Shown: in pieces, positions 8,975 through 16,293 of the stretch | Position numbering within the stretch: the stretch's first letter is position 1 | Layout of the letters: each line of letters starts with the position of its first letter | Assembly: GCA_040393745.1 (NCBI GenBank) | Contig: JBEBTM010000001.1 | Span: forward strand, 1 to 47,942 | Source of the DNA: Thermogutta terrifontis | Lineage (GTDB): Bacteria; Planctomycetota; Planctomycetia; Pirellulales; Thermoguttaceae | Direction: 5' to 3' | DNA: 47,942 nt | Made by a program: the position numbers and the translations under genes | Notes under the pieces: model-generated | Database searches by the model: none | Seen by the model: only the letters and a program-made list of their open reading frames with translations | Told to the model about the DNA's origin: nothing

Positions 8975-9892
8975 ATGAAAACATTATTCACGATCCGACA
9001 TTATCTCCCGGCCCTCGCGGCGGTCTGTGTCACTCTGCTCTGCGTCGGTTGCAGTTCGACCGGCGGGATCAAAACGCCCGATCTTTCCGCCTGGAAGCCT
9101 GCGGGCCCGGCAACTTCGGGCGTGGCCGCATGGAATTATTGCGTCGAACATCGCAACGACGGCGATCCCCGTCGGGGCTTCGGAGGACGCGTCTATTTCT
9201 ACGATCAGGACGCTCGGCGTCCCGTGAAGATCGACGGTAACGTCGTCGTCTACGCTTACGACGAAAGCGTGTGTAAACCCGGCGACGGCGAACCGACCCG
9301 GCGTTACCTTTTCGAGAAGGACGACGTCAAGGCGGCATACGTCAAATCGAAGCTCGGCCATTCGTATAATTTTTTCGTCCCCTGGGATGAAGACACACAA
9401 AACGGCGAGTCGAAAAAAGTGTCGCTCATCGTGCGTTTCGTCCCGGAAAAAGGCGCTTCGATCATGACGCAGCAGATCGCCGTGTTCATGCCGGGCAAGC
9501 CGAACCAGAACGAGACGATGGCCAAAGCCGACTGGGACAGCCGGGAAAAGAACGCGATCAGCCAGGTCGGATTTCAATCGGAGCGGGAAAGGACGGAGTC
9601 CCGGATTCGTTCCCAAATGCTCGAAAGCAACGAAAATCGGCCTGAAACGCTGCAAACGATGACCATGACGATTCCGAACAATTATTCACCGGCGATGCAA
9701 ACGGCCCTGTCGGCCCCACCGCAGCCGGCGCCGCAGTTGCCGGGCATGAGTGAGATTCGTCAGGCGAACTTTGCCAATCCCGTCGAAGCGGCACCGGTCC
9801 AACCTCGAGCGGTTCCAACCTCGCCGATTCTGCCGGAAGATCCCAGGGCGACACGCCTGCCGCAGAAAGTCCGCAGTTCCTTGACACGCTAA
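8975..9892 (+). CDS. Lipoprotein of unknown function, directly downstream of the secretin
   Basis: I use the internal ATG at 8975, where MKTLFTIRHYLPALAAVCVTLLCVGCSS has a lipobox (LCVGC). There is a beta-rich core (GFGGRVYFYDQDARRPVKIDGNVVVYAYDE) and a P/Q-rich tail. I recognise no family. Confidence 0.6.
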   Translation: MKTLFTIRHYLPALAAVCVTLLCVGCSSTGGIKTPDLSAWKPAGPATSGVAAWNYCVEHRNDGDPRRGFGGRVYFYDQDARRPVKIDGNVVVYAYDESVCKPGDGEPTRRYLFEKDDVKAAYVKSKLGHSYNFFVPWDEDTQNGESKKVSLIVRFVPEKGASIMTQQIAVFMPGKPNQNETMAKADWDSREKNAISQVGFQSERERTESRIRSQMLESNENRPETLQTMTMTIPNNYSPAMQTALSAPPQPAPQLPGMSEIRQANFANPVEAAPVQPRAVPTSPILPEDPRATRLPQKVRSSLTR

Positions 9893-9894
9893 TA

Positions 9895-9935
9895 CCAAGA
9901 GCCCCAAGTGAAGCGCAGTGCAACTTGGGGATAAC
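9895..9935. repeat. REP-like palindromic element, copy A (hairpin 9902..9930)
   Basis: CCAAGAG CCCCAAGT GAAGCGCAGTGCA ACTTGGGG ATAAC has a perfect 8-bp stem and a 13-nt loop. It starts 3 nt after the TAA of the lipoprotein gene. Confidence 0.7.
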
Positions 9936-9945
9936 ATCGCCCCGG

Positions 9946-9986
9946 CTTATCCGGAAGTTTCACTGCGTTTCACTTCCGGCTCTTGG
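9946..9986. repeat. REP-like palindromic element, copy A2, inverted relative to copy A (hairpin 9951..9979)
   Basis: Its reverse complement reads CCAAGAG CCGGAAGT GAAACGCAGTGAA ACTTCCGG ATAAG. That is about 35/41 identical to copy A, and the stem differences are compensated on both arms. Confidence 0.7.
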
Positions 9987-10480
9987 ACACGGTGACTCCG
10001 GGCCAGCATCTCCCGGGTCGACAGGACCGTGAATTCGTTGATCGTTCGGATTACCCGTTGCCGCTCTTTTTCATCGGCCACGGGCAGCGGGAAGGAACCC
10101 TCGGCGGTAATGATGATCACCTGCCAGGGAGCTCGCCAGCCGGGATTGCGATCGAACAAGCTCCGACCCGTCAAAAGACGGTGCATTCCGGGCCTGCCGG
10201 GAACAGCCGCACAAAACGGCGTGTAGGATTTCCGACCGCTGCGATGCGTCATGCGGTCGTCGGACCAGTCGCCCGTCATCGTCGTCGGCCGCCACAGTGT
10301 ATTGCGAAAACACACCGTCCAACTTTTCCAGAACGGCCACCGGATCAGGCTGCCGAGAATGACCGTCGTGAAAAGCGGAAGAATAAAAAACGCGACGAAG
10401 GTAAATGCTCCACAGGCCAGGGTCCGGTCGGATAAATCGGCATCGGCAAATTGCAGAAATCCTTCCTGGAACGATTCCAA
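9947..10480 (-). CDS. Hypothetical membrane protein, equivalent to the C-terminal part of the 27365..29838 paralogs (possible downstream fragment of a split gene)
   Basis: 177 aa. It is open from the codon right after the upstream TAA, and the first usable start is TTG at 10480. It has a TM segment (LACGAFTFVAFFILPLFTTVILGSLI). The C-terminal WQVIIITAEGSFPLPVADEKERQRVIRTINEF parallels DWRIVFLDARGAELAEIVELTEGEARWMADVLL and LWQLAMLDSRGEELAYIDDLNKFEARWMADVLL in the paralogs. Confidence 0.5.
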   Translation of the reverse strand: MESFQEGFLQFADADLSDRTLACGAFTFVAFFILPLFTTVILGSLIRWPFWKSWTVCFRNTLWRPTTMTGDWSDDRMTHRSGRKSYTPFCAAVPGRPGMHRLLTGRSLFDRNPGWRAPWQVIIITAEGSFPLPVADEKERQRVIRTINEFTVLSTREMLARSHRVQEPEVKRSETSG

Positions 10481-10489
10481 GGTTTCCCC

Positions 10490-11464
10490 TTAAAAGAGAA
10501 GGGGCAATATCATTTCCTGGAAAGAACGGCTTGAAACCGCTTTGCTCACGGCTTCCGTGACCGGTTCGTTGACGTAACAGAAAAAACCGAAAACGCCCAG
10601 GCCGGCGACAAAAACGACCATGACCAGCATATTGTAACAACAACGGGAAGTCCGGCCGAGGAAGGTCGAAACGGAGCCTCCCCGCCGGGAAACGAGTTTG
10701 AGCATCCATTCACCGTGAACGTCGCCGCGTTTTTCGAAGACCGTAACCATGGGGTCCGCCGCCGCACCGCTGGGCCGGGCTTGCTTTTTCGTTTCATGCC
10801 GCACCGGTTTGGGTTCCACGGCATGAGCCACGGTCCCATCGCCCCGGTCGAGCGAGAAATCCCGGGACAGGGACGAATCGTCTTCACGGAGGAACGTCGG
10901 CTGCTCCGGCTCGATTTCCCTTTGCTGTAAAGCGGGCGCGGCCGGTTCGGTCCAGGTCAATTCGGCGGGCACTTCGTTCCAGTAACGCTGTACGATCCGT
11001 TCAAAGGCCAGCATGTCCCGTTCGGTCGGAAAATTGACGATCACGCCCCGACCGCCGGTTTCTTCGAAGGGAATCCGGATTTCATAACCATAATGAGGCA
11101 CGTTGGCTCGAACCACGTTGTCGTAACGCTGTCCGTAGAGCGTAATCCGGACCACGGGACACGGCACGCCTTTTCGGACGTAAACCCGGCGCCGTCCACG
11201 GGCATTGAAGCGGAAGAAGCTGTCTTCGATAACGATCAAATCGGGATCGAACCGGAGCGTTCGGACGTTGCACCAGTAATGGAGCAGGATCAACGCCGGC
11301 GGCGCGGCCGCGAGAATCGTGAGCGGAAACAGGGGCAGGAACAGAATCACGCTGAGCACGAGCCAGACCACGGCGACAATCGGAACTTGCGACCGATCAC
11401 GGCGCAACATGACCGTCAGCGTTTCACCGTCACGGCGCCAGTCGATCATGGTGTAGCGTGTCAT
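10490..11464 (-). CDS. Hypothetical membrane protein, equivalent to the N-terminal module of the 27365..29838 paralogs
   Basis: 324 aa with ATG at 11464. A TM hairpin (PIVAVVWLVLSVILFLPLFPLTILAAAPPALILL) is followed by RTLRFDPDLIVIEDSFFRF...VVRITL, like GRKTLRLDGDGFRLEHRILFW...LRYFEAVF in the paralog. There is a C-terminal TM. It ends at TAA 10490..10492, in the same frame as 9947..10480. Confidence 0.55.
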   Translation of the reverse strand: MTRYTMIDWRRDGETLTVMLRRDRSQVPIVAVVWLVLSVILFLPLFPLTILAAAPPALILLHYWCNVRTLRFDPDLIVIEDSFFRFNARGRRRVYVRKGVPCPVVRITLYGQRYDNVVRANVPHYGYEIRIPFEETGGRGVIVNFPTERDMLAFERIVQRYWNEVPAELTWTEPAAPALQQREIEPEQPTFLREDDSSLSRDFSLDRGDGTVAHAVEPKPVRHETKKQARPSGAAADPMVTVFEKRGDVHGEWMLKLVSRRGGSVSTFLGRTSRCCYNMLVMVVFVAGLGVFGFFCYVNEPVTEAVSKAVSSRSFQEMILPLLF

Positions 11465-11486
11465 CGTATCTTTGCTGAAAAACGAC

Positions 11487-12950
11487 TCAGTCGACGACGT
11501 GAACGTACAATACGTTACGGTGATCGGCCGTGGGCCCCAGGCCGCTGACGACGACGATCCGGTCGCCGTATTTCAAATACCCCGCCGCTTTACCCGCCGT
11601 GACGATCATCGGCAGGCTTTCCCGCGGATCTTCGGGCGCCCCGTACACCGGAATCACGCCCCAGTACAGACTCATCCAACTCAACGTCTTTGCGTTCCGG
11701 CTCGTGCCCAGGCTCATCGTCATGCAGCGTTTGCTCGATAGACTCAGTGCGGTCTTACCCGTCCGGGAATCGACCAAAATCAGCGCCGCTTCGATGTCAT
11801 CCGCCAGTTTCACGGCCGCATCGCACACCGCATCGGTGAGCGACTCCTTATCCCGTTCGTATTTGGCATGCAGGCATTCCCGCTCGGGCAGGAATTTTTC
11901 CGTTTCCACGGCGATTCGGTGCATCATTTCCACGACCTTGACCGGGTGATCGCCCACGGCCGATTCCGCGGAAAGCATGCAGGCATCGGCCCCGTCGAGA
12001 ATCGCGTTGGCCACGTCGGTCGCCTCGGCCCGGGTCGGCAACGTCAGGTGGACCATGCTTTCGAGCATTTGCGTTGCGACAATGACCGGCTTGCCTTTCC
12101 GGCGGCATACGTCGATGATCCGCTTCTGCACCGCCGCGATTTGCGCAATGTCCAGTTCCACGCCCAAGTCGCCCCGGGCGACCATGACCCCGTCGGCGGC
12201 GGTGACGATTTCCTCGATCCGGGCCACGGCTTCGGGCTTTTCGATCTTCGGGATGATCCGGGGAATTTCGGCGGTATTGCCCGTAGTCGTTCGGGCCGTT
12301 TCGACCATGATTTCCCGGAGTTCGTGGATGTCGTCCTCGCTGCGAACGAAGCTGACGCCGATGTAATCGATGCCTGCGGCGACGGCCCACTTGGCGTTTT
12401 CAATATCGCGTGGTTGGAGCGTCTTGACACTGAGTTTCGCACCGGGCAGATTCACGCCCTGCCGGCTCCGAACGGGTCCGCCCTGCAGGACCGTGCAGGT
12501 CACGCTATCGGCGTCCTTGGCCGCGACTTCCAACGCGACCGTACCGTCGGCGAGCATGATCTTGTCCCCGACGTCGAGGTCGTCGATCAGCGGATCGTAG
12601 GTCGTGGTGAAGGTGTTCGGCTCCGAGGTTTGTTCGCCGCGAATGAATCGCATGGGCACATCGGGCTCGCACTGGTACGTGCCGCCGGGAATCTCACCGA
12701 GCCGCATTTTGGGGCCCGCCAGATCGGCATGAACGGCCACGGGCTGTCCGAGCCGGTCGGAAATTTTTCGGATGCGATCCAATCGCGTCTGGCTCTCCGA
12801 GGTATCTCCGTGGGCCATGTTGAGCCGGAAAACGTCCACGCCGGCCCGGATCAACGCGGTGAGCATTTCTTCGGACTCGCTGGCCGGTCCGACCGTGGCG
12901 ACGATTTTCGTGCGAGAAGGACGCAGCAGGGGAAAGGTAAGTTCGGTCAT
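11487..12950 (-). CDS. pyk: Pyruvate kinase
   Basis: 487 aa. TKIVATVGPASESEEMLTALIRAGVDVFRLNMAHGD, IPKIEKPEAV, MVARGDLGVE and VIVATQMLESM are canonical pyruvate kinase motifs. Confidence 0.95.
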   Translation of the reverse strand: MTELTFPLLRPSRTKIVATVGPASESEEMLTALIRAGVDVFRLNMAHGDTSESQTRLDRIRKISDRLGQPVAVHADLAGPKMRLGEIPGGTYQCEPDVPMRFIRGEQTSEPNTFTTTYDPLIDDLDVGDKIMLADGTVALEVAAKDADSVTCTVLQGGPVRSRQGVNLPGAKLSVKTLQPRDIENAKWAVAAGIDYIGVSFVRSEDDIHELREIMVETARTTTGNTAEIPRIIPKIEKPEAVARIEEIVTAADGVMVARGDLGVELDIAQIAAVQKRIIDVCRRKGKPVIVATQMLESMVHLTLPTRAEATDVANAILDGADACMLSAESAVGDHPVKVVEMMHRIAVETEKFLPERECLHAKYERDKESLTDAVCDAAVKLADDIEAALILVDSRTGKTALSLSSKRCMTMSLGTSRNAKTLSWMSLYWGVIPVYGAPEDPRESLPMIVTAGKAAGYLKYGDRIVVVSGLGPTADHRNVLYVHVVD

Positions 12951-13011
12951 GGGTATTGAGGGGTGGAAAATTGAAAATGTTCCTAATAACGAGCCGGAGA
13001 CGGCGTCACGG

Positions 13012-13236
13012 TCACTTCCTGCTTTTCGCCAAAAGGATTCCGCCGCCGACTCCCGTAAGCACCGCGAAAAATACGGCGTATTTCGTTACGGCCGGCGTGG
13101 CGGGTTTTAATTCCATACCGGTAATATTAAACGTCTGCATGGCCCGCACATTGCCTGCGTTTGCGTTGTACCGTTCCACGGCCACAAAAAGGCAGATCGC
13201 ACAAAGGATCAGGCAAACGATTCCTGATATTTTCAT
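13012..13236 (-). CDS. Small two-TM membrane protein, unknown function
   Basis: ATG at 13236 gives MKISGIVCLILCAICLFVAVERY...YAVFFAVLTGVGGGILLAKSRK. The track starts it at TTG 13251. It has two hydrophobic helices and sits between the MotA/ExbB-like gene and pyk on the same strand. Confidence 0.45.
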   Translation of the reverse strand: MKISGIVCLILCAICLFVAVERYNANAGNVRAMQTFNITGMELKPATPAVTKYAVFFAVLTGVGGGILLAKSRK

Positions 13237-13333
13237 TTGTTGTTTCGACAATGTCGGCTCCTTTTATTGGATTATTGCTCGTTTTTCTCGACGAAATGGA
13301 TTCGCCTTTTCATTCCCATGGTGATGTCGGCAT

Positions 13334-14053
13334 TCAGGAGGATGGCGGTGTGTGCTGTTTTCCACCGAAAATTTCGAGCAGTCTTGTCAGGCCCGAGCCG
13401 ATGAGGTCTTCCAGCTTGCCGATACGGTTCGTGATGCTCGCCGTGGCCAAAATGAGCGGAATCGCAATGGTCATGCCGCAGGCCGTGGTGATCAGGGCCA
13501 GCATGATGTCCGCGGCCAGTTTGTCCGGGCTCACCTCGGTAGCGGAACTCAATTTGCCGAACGCGCCCATCATGCCGATGACCGTCCCGAACAAGCCGAG
13601 CATCGGGGCCGCCTTGATGATCGTCTGCACCCAAGTCATCCGATAGTCCAGTTCGGACAAAATGTCCCTCTGGAATCGCTCGATCAGGTATGTTCGCAGC
13701 CGGGGAATCGAAAGACGCCTGTTTCTTTGTGCCAGCATCGTCAGCATGGGAATGCCGCGTGGGTCACCTTCGCAAAGCTCCTGGAGTTCGGCGTCCTGTC
13801 CCGCCCCGGTGAGCCGCTCCACTTCATTGAGATAGGCGTCCTGCTCGTCTTCGTTCCGGAAAGAAAGATACCCGATGCGTCGCCAGAGGACGATACAGCA
13901 ATACGCCCCCCAAAGGGCCACGATGAACAGCAGGATGTAAGTGATCAGCCCCAGCGTGTCCGCCACGGGCCCGAAGTCCACGGCCCACTTTTGGCCGAAC
14001 GTTGCCGTTTGCGAATCGAAAATCGAAGATGGAAATGCAAAAAAATCGGACAC
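13334..14053 (-). CDS. MotA/TolQ/ExbB proton channel family protein
   Basis: 239 aa with a GTG start. The C-terminal region IIKAAPMLGLFGTVIGMMGAFGKLS...AADIMLALITTACGMTIAIPLIL is the MotA_ExbB signature. Confidence 0.85.
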   Translation of the reverse strand: MSDFFAFPSSIFDSQTATFGQKWAVDFGPVADTLGLITYILLFIVALWGAYCCIVLWRRIGYLSFRNEDEQDAYLNEVERLTGAGQDAELQELCEGDPRGIPMLTMLAQRNRRLSIPRLRTYLIERFQRDILSELDYRMTWVQTIIKAAPMLGLFGTVIGMMGAFGKLSSATEVSPDKLAADIMLALITTACGMTIAIPLILATASITNRIGKLEDLIGSGLTRLLEIFGGKQHTPPSS

Positions 14054-14075
14054 GGGAGGGGATGGGGTAGAATGG

Positions 14076-15071
14076 TCAATTCCCGCCGATCAGTCCCGGC
14101 GGTTTTTCGCCTTTTTCGAAGGCGGTGATGTTGTCCAGTGTTTGTCGGGAAATCGCTTGCAGGGCTTCGACGGTGAAAAAGGCCTGGTGGCCGGTGACAA
14201 TAACGTTCGGAAACGTGAGCATCCGCGCCAACGTGTCATCCTGGAGGATGCGGTCGGAATTATCCTCGAAAAAGACGTTGGCTTCTTCCTCGTAAACGTC
14301 GATGGCCAAGGAACCGATTTTGCCGTTTTTCAGGCCGACGATCGCGGCCTCGGTTTCGAGCAGTTCGCCCCGGCTCGTATTGACGACCATCACGCCGGGC
14401 TTCATGATGTCGATGACCGCCTGATTGATCAGGTGATGCGTGTCCGGCAATAAGGGGCAATGGAGCGTGATGATATCCGATTGCCGGAAAAGATCCTCCC
14501 GGGAAACATAACGGACTCCGGCTGTTTTGAGTTCCTCGTTTTCGTACAGATCCGAAGCGAGAACCTGACAGCCGAAACCGAGCAGGATCCGGGCCGTACA
14601 GGCGCCGATTTTCCCGGTCCCGACCACGCCGGCGGTTTTGTCCCGCAAATCAAATCCGAGCAGGCCGTCCAAGGCGAAATTCCCTTCCCGCGTTCGGTTG
14701 CAGGCCCGGTGGATGCTGCGGCTCAGCGTGAGCATCAGGCCCACGGTAAACTCGGCAATCGAAGCGGGCGAATAGGCGGGCACACGGACCACCGTGATCC
14801 CAAGTTCCGCGGCGGTTTTCACGTCGACGTTGTTGAAACCGGCGCTGCGCAACGCAATCAAACGTATGCCTTTTTGGGCCAGGCAGTTCAATTCTTTTTT
14901 ACCGAGGCGATCGTTGACGAAAATGCAAATCGCGGAAAACCCCTCGGCCAGGAGGCATGTTTGATCGTTGAGATGAACGTCGAAATAAACCAGTTCATGC
15001 CCCGACGTGGTATTCGCGGCGTCGAGGTATTTCCGATCATACGGCTTCGTACTGAAAACGGCAACTCTCAT
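14076..15071 (-). CDS. ldhA: D-lactate dehydrogenase / D-isomer specific 2-hydroxyacid dehydrogenase
   Basis: 331 aa. MRVAVFSTKPYDRKYLD..., the GVVGTGKIGACTARIL Rossmann motif, ITLHCPLLPDTHHLIN and VNTSRGELL give an LdhA-like layout end to end. Confidence 0.85.
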   Translation of the reverse strand: MRVAVFSTKPYDRKYLDAANTTSGHELVYFDVHLNDQTCLLAEGFSAICIFVNDRLGKKELNCLAQKGIRLIALRSAGFNNVDVKTAAELGITVVRVPAYSPASIAEFTVGLMLTLSRSIHRACNRTREGNFALDGLLGFDLRDKTAGVVGTGKIGACTARILLGFGCQVLASDLYENEELKTAGVRYVSREDLFRQSDIITLHCPLLPDTHHLINQAVIDIMKPGVMVVNTSRGELLETEAAIVGLKNGKIGSLAIDVYEEEANVFFEDNSDRILQDDTLARMLTFPNVIVTGHQAFFTVEALQAISRQTLDNITAFEKGEKPPGLIGGN

Positions 15072-15116
15072 GATAATTGAATATGGTCTATGAACAATGG
15101 AAAATGAGAAAATCGG

Positions 15117-15560
15117 CTACGCCGATCCGATGATGAGATTTCTTTCTTGATTTGTCAACTTCCCCCACATTGTTCCCCGTTCGTTCCATTGGGCGCGATT
15201 GACGAAATTGCGAATCAGCAGGACGCCGCGACCGGAGGCGATCATGATGTGATCCTCGTCCGTAGGATCCGGGACTTTTTCGGGATCAAAGCCTTCGCCT
15301 TCATCTTCAATGCGGCAATAGAAACAGTCATTGGTGAGCCGGCAAGAGAAATGGACCATCTTGGCCGGGTTGGAGTGATTCCCATGCTGGACGGCATTGA
15401 CGAGCCCCTCCTCCAGTGCAAGATTGATTGCGAACTGCTCCTTCCCGGTCCAATCGGTGCCGTCGAGCTGTCGCATGACCTTGTCGATCAGGGTATGGGC
15501 TTTATCCATATCGCTTGGAAAAGCCAGTTCGTAATTCCAGATCCCGTCTTTGGCATCCAT
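15117..15560 (-). CDS. Anti-sigma regulatory factor, serine protein kinase (RsbW/SpoIIAB-like, HATPase_c_2)
   Basis: ATG at 15560 is preceded by GGAGGA at the right spacing, whereas the track uses an upstream GTG at 15599. Motifs are LALEEGLVNAVQHGN (N-box), IEDEGEGFDP (G1-like) and GRGVLLIRNF (G2-like). Confidence 0.8.
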   Translation of the reverse strand: MDAKDGIWNYELAFPSDMDKAHTLIDKVMRQLDGTDWTGKEQFAINLALEEGLVNAVQHGNHSNPAKMVHFSCRLTNDCFYCRIEDEGEGFDPEKVPDPTDEDHIMIASGRGVLLIRNFVNRAQWNERGTMWGKLTNQERNLIIGSA

Positions 15561-15669
15561 CGAATCTCCTCCAGTTCGAACGAAAGAGCCAAGTGGCACA
15601 CCCGGCCGATCAGGGGGGATCGACCGGGCCGCTTGGTTGCCGTTAAGAATGAATGTCCTCTTTCGAGCC

Positions 15670-16038
15670 CTATTTGTCGGAGACGATGGTCATTGAACGG
15701 ATGCCCTCATCCTCGTTCTTCTTGATCTGGAAGACGTTGTCGAGCCGGGTGATGCGAAAGGCTTCCATGATGTTGTCGTCGATACCGCAAAGATACAGAT
15801 TCGCCTGGACCTCTTTCGCTTTCCGGTTCAGCTCGATCAGGGCACGCAGCGCGGAACTGGACATAAAGAGAACCCGCTCGAAATTGATCAGCAGTTTCCG
15901 ACAGGCTTTATCGTCGAGGAGCCCGATGAGCTGATCGCCCCATTCCTGGATCACAAGATCGTCGTTGAGCTTCATATCCCGACAGGTCGCGATGCTGATA
16001 TCGGCGACTTTTTTGACGTCAATTCTCTGCTGAGCCAT
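15670..16038 (-). CDS. STAS domain anti-sigma factor antagonist (RsbV/SpoIIAA-like)
   Basis: 122 aa with GGAGA upstream of the ATG. LINFERVLFMSSSALRALIELNRKAKEVQANLYLCGIDDNIMEAFRITRLDNVFQI is a STAS fold pattern with the phosphorylatable Ser region (FMSSSAL). Confidence 0.85.
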   Translation of the reverse strand: MAQQRIDVKKVADISIATCRDMKLNDDLVIQEWGDQLIGLLDDKACRKLLINFERVLFMSSSALRALIELNRKAKEVQANLYLCGIDDNIMEAFRITRLDNVFQIKKNEDEGIRSMTIVSDK

Positions 16039-16293
16039 GTTTCGTTATCTCCATTGAACGTTGAACTTTTTGCGGGACATGCCATCGGTCATGACGAGAA
16101 CGGCCGCTTCTGTGGCCCGCTTCGAATAATCGTTCCCGCCCCAAAGGCGAGGGAGCGAGAAAGTTGCACTATTTTATACTGGATTTGGGGAGTTAATGCA
16201 AACCCCCCGGAAATTTCGTTTCCGATTTTTTCCTCCGCGAGGTTTTTTCAGCGGAGCCTTCCCGGCATCTGCAATGCCCGGTCAAACGGTCGG

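Noticed and set aside
13334-14053. MotA-like gene as part of a Zorya-type defence system
   Set aside because: As far as I recall, ZorA proteins are far longer with a long C-terminal tail. They come with a ZorB partner (MotB-like, with a peptidoglycan-binding domain) and effector genes, and none of these is present.
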